Shown here one piece after another: positions 38,261 to 46,135 of a DNA stretch of 64,000 nucleotides. A program made the position numbers and the translations under genes. A model generated the notes under the pieces. It saw only the letters and a list, made by a program, of their open reading frames with translations. It did no database searches and was not told the DNA's origin. The number at the start of each line of letters is the position of its first letter. Position 1 is the first letter of the stretch. The stretch spans positions 246,655-310,654 of the IMG/VR virus record IMGVR_UViG_3300047472_000309; one strand, written 5' to 3'.

Positions 38261-39355
38261 TCAGACGTTATAAAAGTTGAAGAGCTTCTGTTTGCCTGCT
38301 TCGTTCACGCCGAATTCGAGCGTCTTCTTGAAGTCGACTTGGCGCGTGGCGGCTTGACGACCTTGCGGATTGGCCGTGAGTTTGACCAGGTTCAGCAGGC
38401 GCTGGAAGGCCGCCTGATCTTCCTTCGAGAGCGTGACATGCTCCATCGCACGGAACACGTACGACTCATGGAACACGCCGTCCTTCTGGCTATGGAAGGC
38501 CTTGAGGATCGTACCCCAGACGAGGAAGAAGTCGTCGTCCAGACGGTTGACCGTGTTGCTCAGCACGCGGTAGAGCTGCACTTGCCAGCGCACCGTGTCG
38601 GCGGTCGACAGGAGCTTCTTCGGCGCCATGCTGTCGATGTAGCCCTTCAGTTGCTCGAGCACCATCTTGCCGTAGGTGCTGGCTTCTTCTTTGGCCTTCT
38701 CGATGAGCGCATCGATTTCGGCGAGCACCGGCGCAGCAGGCTTCACCGGCGTGTCGGTCACGACTGCCACCGTAGCGGGCGCGGCCGGAGCCACCGGGAC
38801 CGCCGGAGCGATCTGAGCCGCGCCCGATTGCGACGGGCCGGTCTGGGTCACGGTACCGGACACGCCGGTCGATTGCGGTGCGGCTTGCGGTGCAGGCGTG
38901 ATGGTTTCGATCTTGAGTACGCCGTTAGCGGCTTGCTCTTCGTTCGGTTGCTGCACTTCGTCCTGGGGTTGATTGTCTTGCGTACTCACTTCTTCTCCTT
39001 CGGAGGGGTTGGTTGCTTGGATGGCGTCACCTTCACGGACACCGGAACTTTGCGGTTCACTACCGCTTGAAACGGACTGGGATTCATCAGCACTCCCGTT
39101 ATCGGTACCAGCAGCATCCGAGGTCGTCGTGCCAGCGGCGACAGATGCACTTGCGTTTCCCGCCGGTTCAGCCACGTTGACCAGGCCGTTATTCGGCGTA
39201 AAGTCCAGGCGCTTGGCGGCGTCGAGAACGGACAGACCAGCAGGCTGAATCAAGCCCGTTGCCGGATCGTGCGACTCACCGGCCTGCAAGATATAGTAAG
39301 CCTTCTTGCCGTCTTCCTTCTCATAAAGAACACGTGCAACAGGAATATTACCCAT
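38261..39355 (-). CDS. Conserved protein (phiKZ gp81-like) with a disordered linker
   Basis: Start MGNIPV; helical C-domain; directly follows the virion RNAP subunit. Confidence 0.65.
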   Translation of the reverse strand: MGNIPVARVLYEKEDGKKAYYILQAGESHDPATGLIQPAGLSVLDAAKRLDFTPNNGLVNVAEPAGNASASVAAGTTTSDAAGTDNGSADESQSVSSGSEPQSSGVREGDAIQATNPSEGEEVSTQDNQPQDEVQQPNEEQAANGVLKIETITPAPQAAPQSTGVSGTVTQTGPSQSGAAQIAPAVPVAPAAPATVAVVTDTPVKPAAPVLAEIDALIEKAKEEASTYGKMVLEQLKGYIDSMAPKKLLSTADTVRWQVQLYRVLSNTVNRLDDDFFLVWGTILKAFHSQKDGVFHESYVFRAMEHVTLSKEDQAAFQRLLNLVKLTANPQGRQAATRQVDFKKTLEFGVNEAGKQKLFNFYNV

Positions 39356-39366
39356 GATTAGCTTCC

Positions 39367-40743
39367 TTACTGGATGGCTGTCTTGTAGTCCATGTGAGCG
39401 AGCGCGAGCTGCGTGCCGTGCATCTTCTTCATGAACAACAGCATGAACTTCGAACCATATTCCGAGACCGCTGAAGAAAGGGCCGTGGGATTCATGGACA
39501 GACGCGGTCCTACGCACACCGCGCAGTAGTCGGTCTTCTCCAGGCGACAGAACATCGGTGAGCGAATCATCACCTTCTTGCCGAGGTAGTTGCCAATGGA
39601 CTCATCGGTAAGCTTCTCGCTCCCGCCATCGGTCACTACACTAAAGCCCATGTACTTCTTCTTGTTCTCGTCCGAGAGCGCCACGGGATTACCCAGGGTC
39701 GACTGACAGTCTTCTTGCGTGACCATCATGTTCGACGAGGCCCGCAGCAGCCATTTCACGGCTTCACCACCGAGCATGGTTTCGGCACCCCGGTTGTACG
39801 AACCGGCGCGCAGCGAGTCGTTCATGATCGGGAACTTGTTGATGTCCCAGCCTTCTGACAGGGAGTTCTGGATCAGGTCCACATCAATGCCGTCATCCAG
39901 ACCGGCTTCGGCACCCGTCATCAGGAAGAGCTTGCGGCGCACCACCTTACGGGACTTGTTCTCGATCAGGAAGCCTTCTGCATCGTCACCCTTCAGGTAC
40001 TCGGAGTCGAACTTGATCAGCTCCGCATCGATCTTGGCAATCACCGCCGGATCATGCAGCTTATCCTTGTACTGTTCGAGCAACTGCGCTTTAAGCTCCG
40101 CCAAGCCAGGGGGTGCCGTCATGGCTTTGCGGGTCGCAGCCGGGACCCACAACTGCGTGAAGCCTGCCAGGTAGAAAGCGGCGTCCGCCATCACCAGGTA
40201 CTCTTTCACGTAAATCGGTAGCTTGCGCGGGTCACCCATATCCAGCACAGGTGAACCGGTCTGATCCGCGACGGCCGCATTGGCGGCGAGCACCATTTGG
40301 GCATTGGGGGTCGGATCATCCTGCAAGCGCGGCAGCACCATCTTCTCGATCGCCCCTGGGCTAATACGGCCCGAGAGGTAAGGGATCTTGTTGCCGAAGG
40401 GGTAGGCTGCGATCACCCAGTTAAAGAAGTACTGGCCGTAGCTAGTGGGGTGCGGGGTCGACTCTGTGTAGTTCGGAATCTGCCCGGCTTGCAGCAGGAA
40501 CTTGTCCTTGTGATTAAACGGTGCAATCGCGGGATCACACCCTTCCAGCGGCAGCAGTTCGTTGGTGTTCTCCGGATTGACAAAGAAGTACCCGGTGCGC
40601 GTCTGCACGATGCGATACGGGTACATGTCTTTCTGATAGTCTTCCGGGCCCTCGTTGATGATCGAGAACGCGGAGATGACCCACGCGCGACGACGGTATA
40701 AGCCCGCATTCATCGCCGCGATAAAGTAGTCGTGTTTCTTCAT
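39367..40743 (-). CDS. Virion RNA polymerase beta-prime subunit, C-terminal part (phiKZ gp80-like)
   Basis: SLSEGW, RAGSYNRGAET..GG, EDC, IRSPMFC...YCAVCVG Zn site, MKKMHG. Confidence 0.85.
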   Translation of the reverse strand: MKKHDYFIAAMNAGLYRRRAWVISAFSIINEGPEDYQKDMYPYRIVQTRTGYFFVNPENTNELLPLEGCDPAIAPFNHKDKFLLQAGQIPNYTESTPHPTSYGQYFFNWVIAAYPFGNKIPYLSGRISPGAIEKMVLPRLQDDPTPNAQMVLAANAAVADQTGSPVLDMGDPRKLPIYVKEYLVMADAAFYLAGFTQLWVPAATRKAMTAPPGLAELKAQLLEQYKDKLHDPAVIAKIDAELIKFDSEYLKGDDAEGFLIENKSRKVVRRKLFLMTGAEAGLDDGIDVDLIQNSLSEGWDINKFPIMNDSLRAGSYNRGAETMLGGEAVKWLLRASSNMMVTQEDCQSTLGNPVALSDENKKKYMGFSVVTDGGSEKLTDESIGNYLGKKVMIRSPMFCRLEKTDYCAVCVGPRLSMNPTALSSAVSEYGSKFMLLFMKKMHGTQLALAHMDYKTAIQ

Positions 40744-40751
40744 GGTTCACC

Positions 40752-41618
40752 TCACGCCGTCGTGTCGAGCCGACTCTCGTACGCCTGGAAGCGCACAATC
40801 AAGTCACTCACGGCGATGTCGATCTGCGTGATCTTGTTCACATCCGAGACCAGGTTATCCATCTCGGTCTTGATGACGCCTTGCGGATTGCCAAACCCGT
40901 CACCCGAATAGAAAGCCATGCCGAGCATGTTCTGCGCAGCGCTCGTCGCATCGAGCTCCTCGAACTCCCGGCCGATCATGTTGGCATACACCACATACGG
41001 GTAACCCGCGTCGATGCCCATGTGAGCAATCTTCGAGATCGCCAGTTCCGGGTCCATGAGAAAGTGCATGAAGCGATTAAAGCGCGTGATGCGCGCTTCA
41101 CGGAATTCGCGTTCGCTATCTTCCTCATTGTGGGTGCCAAACTCTTGCGAGCGGGCGAGCTCTTCAATCCGGGAGATCAAGGCGTCTGAGACATAGACGA
41201 GATCGACCAGATAGTGCTCGGCTTCTTGGCTACCGACGAGTGCCACCAGCTCACTGAAAAGCTCCTCGGGGTCGTGCTTCTGGGCACAGATTTTGAGGAT
41301 CTCCGGGATGTGGTCCGAGGCTTGTTGCAGCTCCACCAAGGCGTCGATGAATTCCGTTAGGATACTCACCGTCGCTTCATCACTCACGGTGATGCTGTGC
41401 TGTTTAAGAATCCCATTGGCGAGACTCTTGGTAAGGTCGATGATGCCGCCGAGCGTATCGCCCTGATCGGACTCATCATTGATCATTAACAGCTGTTCGA
41501 ATCCGGGGTTGTAGTCTTGCAACCCAATTCGGTCGAAGGCTTCATGAGCCTTCTCGATGGCGTCGACGTTCTCGGGGGACGTCGCTTCCACCAGATAGTC
41601 GCGAAGAATATCGAGCAT
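40752..41618 (-). CDS. Conserved acidic protein (phiKZ gp79-like)
   Basis: 288 aa, upstream of the gp80-like gene; synteny. Confidence 0.6.
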   Translation of the reverse strand: MLDILRDYLVEATSPENVDAIEKAHEAFDRIGLQDYNPGFEQLLMINDESDQGDTLGGIIDLTKSLANGILKQHSITVSDEATVSILTEFIDALVELQQASDHIPEILKICAQKHDPEELFSELVALVGSQEAEHYLVDLVYVSDALISRIEELARSQEFGTHNEEDSEREFREARITRFNRFMHFLMDPELAISKIAHMGIDAGYPYVVYANMIGREFEELDATSAAQNMLGMAFYSGDGFGNPQGVIKTEMDNLVSDVNKITQIDIAVSDLIVRFQAYESRLDTTA

Positions 41619-41820
41619 GCGGTGCTCCAGAAACCCTGTAAGAAATTACTTGCGGTCGCCATGCTGTAGCTAACATGTTCGCAATCAGGCGATTACGTCA
41701 TCGGAAGCTACAGTCCTCTGTGAAATCGAACCACACAACGGGGTCGTTCTTTTCGAGGATAGTCAGATGATTGAGCTATCCGATAGCACTTAACATTTAA
41801 AACGGTATTTGGGGTTTAGC

Positions 41821-42384
41821 ATGACGAAGAAGAGTCAGGGTCGGCTGATGCGCGACGCGATCAAGAAGGACGCGAAGGAAGAGCTCAACCAGAATCGCAA
41901 CTGGGACGAGCTGCAAATGCGTTATCGCGAATGCCGCGACCTGCTGTTGATGCATCTGGCCGTGGGGGAAATCCTCCAGCGCCCGGACATCCAGGGGGAG
42001 ATTTCCAAGCAAGAAGCGCAGACGGTGATCAGCAACGTTCAGCTCCTCACCAAGGACTTGAACGAGCGCGCTCAAGAGCTCACGATGATCTACGGCACGC
42101 ACTCGGATAAGTTCGGCGGGTGCGACGAGAACGACATCATGCTCTCGTTTGAGATCATGGAGAAGTACACCGCATGGCTTTCGCTCATGCAAGCGAACGT
42201 GCAACCGACGCTCGCGCACATCATGGAAATCACGAGCGAAGTCGAAAAACGCGTGATCGCCAAGGCCGCGGTGCTCGATCCGAATGTCATTACGGACGTC
42301 GAAGTGACCGAGTCGAGTAAGCACAGCGACACGCTTGCCGCCGGGATTGCCGCGGCAGACAAGACCAACCCGAAGGCGGAGTAA
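41821..42384 (+). CDS. Hypothetical coiled-coil protein
   Basis: Start MTKKSQ; first gene of the plus-strand operon. Confidence 0.65.
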   Translation: MTKKSQGRLMRDAIKKDAKEELNQNRNWDELQMRYRECRDLLLMHLAVGEILQRPDIQGEISKQEAQTVISNVQLLTKDLNERAQELTMIYGTHSDKFGGCDENDIMLSFEIMEKYTAWLSLMQANVQPTLAHIMEITSEVEKRVIAKAAVLDPNVITDVEVTESSKHSDTLAAGIAAADKTNPKAE

Positions 42385-42387
42385 ACG

Positions 42388-44040
42388 ATGGAAGGTCAAG
42401 AGAACAGCAATATTCATACGCCGTCAGTGACCACTGCGGCGGACGTACCGCCCGAACTGCGTACACCTACGACGGCAGTTGACCCGGTAGTCGATCCCGT
42501 GGTCGAACCGGCGTCGATCCAGCCGCCTGCACCGGACGCCTCGGAAGGCGTACACGAAGTGCTGGGTGGGCTGCCTGAAGATACGCTGGGCGATGCGCCG
42601 GTGGCATCGCAGGAAGACAGTGAACTGAAGGTCGAAGAAACCCCCAAGCGCTTGCCGCAAACCGACACGACGACCGTCAAGCAAGAGCAGGCCGTGTTCA
42701 TTCCGCTGGGTGTGGCGTTCGATTCGAACGGCATCACGCTGGCTGTGCCCGGTGCGCGTGAAGACGAGCTGCAAGAAGCGCTCGCCAAGATGCCCAACAC
42801 CGATCTGGGTGCGACGGCCGAAGGGCGCGAATGGATTGCTGTGGCCCAAGCAGGCTACCGGAATGCCACGCCGCGCAAGATGCTCACCGACATCGACGTG
42901 CGCGAAGGCGCGCTGTGGGAACAAGCGGTCAAGTCCGAGCGCGGTGGCATTCAGGCTTCGCGTCCCAAGCAAGCTGATACGGCAGGCGTCAGTCTGCGCG
43001 GTGAAGCCGGTGTGCTGGCCGTGCGTCAAGAAGTGGGTCTGGGTGGCATCATCCGCATTCCGCTGTGGCACTCCGGTTTTCACATTACGCTGAAGACACC
43101 GGGCGATGCGGCCATCCTGGAGCTGGAGCGTCGCATTACCGACGAGAAGGTACTGCTCGGTCGCATGACCAACGGCATGCTCTTTTCCAATACGTCGGTG
43201 TTCATTGCCGAGTACCTGGTCGAATTCGCCATCCGCCATCTGTACGACACGTCGCTGCGTAACAAGGAGAACATCTTCTCCAAGATCGTCTCGCACGACA
43301 TCCAGCATCTGGCGTGGGGCCTGGCCACCGCAATCTGGCCAACGGGCTTTCAGTACGTGCGCTCGGTGCTGGGTGAAACCGACGCGCAGAACAAGGTGGT
43401 GAAGGACAAGATCGCCATCGGCAAGCTGCAGTTCACCGATACGTCGCAACTGTCGAAGTGGCAGATCAACCACATGACCTCGGTGACGACCGGCTCGATG
43501 ACGGACGACTCGATCAAGAAGTACCGCGAGGAGTTCCTGAATCAGACACCGCGTAAGGTGCAAGTCACCGATAAGGTCGCGATCACGCTGAAGGTACCGA
43601 CGCTTGCCGAGCATATCGCCTCGGGCCAGAAGTGGGTCAACGGGATCGTCGTGATGACGGACCAGGTGTTTGGCATGGAGCAAGATGTCGATGAGCGTAA
43701 CCGCTTTATCTACGAACAGGGCCAAGCCACCTACATGCGTCAGTACGGGCACTGGATCGAATCGATCGAGCTCTCGAACGGCGCGATTGTGGAAGACCCG
43801 GAAACCATCGACCAGACGATCGACGCGCTCTCCGCTGACGACACGATTCGCAACAAGTTCGTGGATGCAGTGGTGAAGTACATCGAAGATACCACGGTCT
43901 CGATGATCGCCGTGCCGACGGTGGCCGCCAGCGAAGAACAGAAGTATCCGCGCTGGCCGCGGTTGTTGCCGATTGATGCGATGGCAACTTTTTTTACCCT
44001 ACTCGACCAGAAGGTCTCGCAGATCCGGGCGCGCAGCTAG
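42388..44040 (+). CDS. Conserved protein (phiKZ gp77-like); putative tail/baseplate assembly chaperone (G-like)
   Basis: 550 aa; IRIPLWHSGFHITLK; ends shortly after PIDAMATFF, which is encoded over a T7 run. Confidence 0.65.
   Translation: MEGQENSNIHTPSVTTAADVPPELRTPTTAVDPVVDPVVEPASIQPPAPDASEGVHEVLGGLPEDTLGDAPVASQEDSELKVEETPKRLPQTDTTTVKQEQAVFIPLGVAFDSNGITLAVPGAREDELQEALAKMPNTDLGATAEGREWIAVAQAGYRNATPRKMLTDIDVREGALWEQAVKSERGGIQASRPKQADTAGVSLRGEAGVLAVRQEVGLGGIIRIPLWHSGFHITLKTPGDAAILELERRITDEKVLLGRMTNGMLFSNTSVFIAEYLVEFAIRHLYDTSLRNKENIFSKIVSHDIQHLAWGLATAIWPTGFQYVRSVLGETDAQNKVVKDKIAIGKLQFTDTSQLSKWQINHMTSVTTGSMTDDSIKKYREEFLNQTPRKVQVTDKVAITLKVPTLAEHIASGQKWVNGIVVMTDQVFGMEQDVDERNRFIYEQGQATYMRQYGHWIESIELSNGAIVEDPETIDQTIDALSADDTIRNKFVDAVVKYIEDTTVSMIAVPTVAASEEQKYPRWPRLLPIDAMATFFTLLDQKVSQIRARS
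43989..43995 (+). other. Candidate -1 programmed ribosomal frameshift site T TTT TTT
   Basis: Slippery heptamer in the correct phase, joining 42388..44040 to the open -1 frame 43977..44504. Confidence 0.6.
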
Positions 44041-44504
44041 TTGCAAAACACGTCGGTCACCCATTCTTTGGCGAGCATGTCGATGTAGTCGCGAAGCTAA
44101 GCGAACTCATTGCCACCGCGCCCAAGATGTGTGTGACCGACACGCGACAGCTGTTGCTGCACCGCTACGAGACGGACTTTGGGATTTACAATCACGACAT
44201 CTCTGATTTCGAGAAGAATCCCTTAGCCCTTATCCGGATGCATTCACGTGAGGATTCATACACGGGTAGTCAACTGGCCGAGCGCATCAGGCAATATCAC
44301 GATCGACACGTGTGGGAAGTGACGCACGATCCGCTCCATGTCTTTCTGAACTATCCGCGCCACATGGTGCTGGACATTCTGGAGCTTGCGGACAAGGCGT
44401 TGCGGGATAAGACCGCAGCACTGGTGAAGGAAGGCAAGGCCCTAGAGGATCGGGTTGCCGGGCTGGCATCTCAGAACGGCGGCATGATTCCACCACCGCA
44501 CTAA
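43995..44504 (+). CDS. Frameshift extension (GT-like) of the upstream gene; the ORF track calls only 44127..44504
   Basis: Frame open from 43977; ATG 44127 lacks an SD; ends with a helical domain (FLNYPRHMVLDILE). Confidence 0.6.
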   Translation, partial: YPTRPEGLADPGAQLVAKHVGHPFFGEHVDVVAKLSELIATAPKMCVTDTRQLLLHRYETDFGIYNHDISDFEKNPLALIRMHSREDSYTGSQLAERIRQYHDRHVWEVTHDPLHVFLNYPRHMVLDILELADKALRDKTAALVKEGKALEDRVAGLASQNGGMIPPPH

Positions 44505-44516
44505 CCGGGGCCGTCA

Positions 44517-44969
44517 ATGATCATTTACGATGAACCGCGAAACATCTTTGAAGTAACGGAGCAAACGCTCGTTAATCCCGTTAACACGCAAGGTGTGATG
44601 GGCGCTGGCTTAGCATTGGCTTTTCGCAGTACCTTTCCGGGTCTGTTTGAAGAGTATCGCGAGGCGTGCCAGCAAGAGGTGTTTACGCGGCGAGGTTTCT
44701 TCGTGTATGACGTTGACGCTTCGCGCAAGGTGTTGTGTTTGCCGACTAAGCGAGAATGGCGTCATCCTTCCAGACTGGAATGGATTGAAGAAGGTCTTTG
44801 GTATCTATCGAGAGAGTATGAGAACTACGGGATTACCTCACTGGCGATTCCCGAGGTAGGCTGCGGGCGAGGTCAGTTAGGTTGGGCGGATGTGCGCCCA
44901 CTGATCTATCAGTACCTGGACCCTATCGCGTTACCAGTGGGGATTTGTTTAAGCCCCTTTGCAGTCTAA
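44517..44969 (+). CDS. Macrodomain ADP-ribosylhydrolase (DarG/TARG1-like)
   Basis: VNPVNTQGVMGAGLA, LPTKREWR, LAIPEVGCGRGQLGW. Confidence 0.85.
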   Translation: MIIYDEPRNIFEVTEQTLVNPVNTQGVMGAGLALAFRSTFPGLFEEYREACQQEVFTRRGFFVYDVDASRKVLCLPTKREWRHPSRLEWIEEGLWYLSREYENYGITSLAIPEVGCGRGQLGWADVRPLIYQYLDPIALPVGICLSPFAV

Positions 44970-44985
44970 CTGACTGGGAACGACG

Positions 44986-45444
44986 ATGATCATCTACGAA
45001 GCAGAGCGCGAACAGTTACGTGCAGAAGAGCAGGCCCTTCTCACGCCCATCAATATCGACGCCGTCGGAGGCGGGGGTTTGCCTGCGGCGTTTCGCTATG
45101 GCTTTCCCGGCCTCTTTAAAGCGTATTGCTGGGCCATGAAAAAGGGCATCTTCGAAAACGATAGCGTATTTGTCTACGATGTATCGGACGTACGCAAGAT
45201 CGTCTGCATGCCGATGAAGCAGCACCCTCGCTACAGTGCCGAAGAGAAGCTCGAGTATCTTGAAGAAAGCCTGATGGTAGTGGCCACCAGCTACCATCAA
45301 CATGGCATCTCGTCGATGGCGATCAACGAAATCGGTTACGGTGACGTGGATCTGCCCTGGGACAAGGTGAGGCCGATCATCCAGCGCTGTTTTGGACCGA
45401 TCGATTTACCGGTGGGGATTTATCGGGGAGTAGTACCTGTGTAA
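44986..45444 (+). CDS. Divergent macrodomain paralog
   Basis: Collinear with the preceding gene (MIIY, FPGLF, FVYDV, PIxLPVGI) but with altered motifs. Confidence 0.75.
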   Translation: MIIYEAEREQLRAEEQALLTPINIDAVGGGGLPAAFRYGFPGLFKAYCWAMKKGIFENDSVFVYDVSDVRKIVCMPMKQHPRYSAEEKLEYLEESLMVVATSYHQHGISSMAINEIGYGDVDLPWDKVRPIIQRCFGPIDLPVGIYRGVVPV

Positions 45445-45468
45445 CGAATCGCGCCGGGAGACCAAACC

Positions 45469-45678
45469 ATGCGATGGCTGATTAAGCAATACCAGCACTG
45501 GCGGTTCGCTCGGGGTGAGCGAGCTAAGCTGGCGCGTGTCGAAGAAGAGTTGCGTATCCGACGTGAGTTGGACTACCTCGAACAACAGCGCAACGCAACT
45601 CGTCCGGGGAAGATCTTGACGCTCGCCGAAAGTGAGCTGATGGGTCAAAGCATCACCGACCTCTCGCGTCGGTGCTAG
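45469..45678 (+). CDS. Small hypothetical protein
   Basis: 69 aa; SD GGGAG; followed by a terminator. Confidence 0.55.
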   Translation: MRWLIKQYQHWRFARGERAKLARVEEELRIRRELDYLEQQRNATRPGKILTLAESELMGQSITDLSRRC

Positions 45679-45694
45679 AAATACAAGAAGCAAC

Positions 45695-45755
45695 AAAAAA
45701 AAAAAGAGGTACGGGGTCATAGGCGCGCTCCCTAGGGAGCGCGCTCTATGCCGTC
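45695..45755. terminator. Bidirectional terminator; T11 tract on the minus strand
   Basis: Palindrome GCGCGCTCCCTAGGGAGCGCGC flanked by GTCATAG and CTATGCCG; A11 at 45695-45705. Confidence 0.75.
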
Positions 45756-45757
45756 GT

Positions 45758-46135
45758 TTAGTCACTCACGCCGCGGTAGAACAACTCATGCAGATAACCG
45801 TTGCTGATTTCGGTACCTGGTTCGTACCAGTTGATGCCCTGCTCGATACAGTACTCCTTGTCTTCCGGAGCCGGATCGACCGTGATCTTGTACGCGGGCA
45901 ACATCCCCTTACAACCGTCAAACATCACGAGCATCGAGAACGCCACCCCCTCACAGCGTTCCTTGACCGTACCGCCATTGGGTGTGGTGGCCCAGTAGTG
46001 TGCGTTGTCGCGACAAGCCTGCATGAACTCGTCGCGCACTTCGTTTTCTGTCCACGCTCGCGGTTCTAGGCGTCCTCCATCCAGTTCCTTAAGCGTGTGC
46101 AGATACGCACTGGCTTTCGTTTCTACTTCAGCCAC
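45758..46135 (-). CDS. Hypothetical protein
   Basis: 125 aa; overlaps the upstream gene by 13 nt. Confidence 0.65.
   Translation of the reverse strand: MAEVETKASAYLHTLKELDGGRLEPRAWTENEVRDEFMQACRDNAHYWATTPNGGTVKERCEGVAFSMLVMFDGCKGMLPAYKITVDPAPEDKEYCIEQGINWYEPGTEISNGYLHELFYRGVSD

Noticed and set aside
36458-39070. 870-aa plus-strand Arg/Cys/Gly-rich ORF
   Set aside because: Antisense to Ala/Pro/Asp low-complexity genes; its composition is simply their mirror
41619-41820. Possible ncRNA/tRNA in the 200-bp divergent gap
   Set aside because: No cloverleaf or convincing conserved structure seen by eye; most simply a divergent promoter region
44127-44504. Independent 125-aa gene starting at ATG 44127
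   Set aside because: No SD, and the frame is open back to a slippery site; better explained as a frameshift extension, though independent initiation is not excluded
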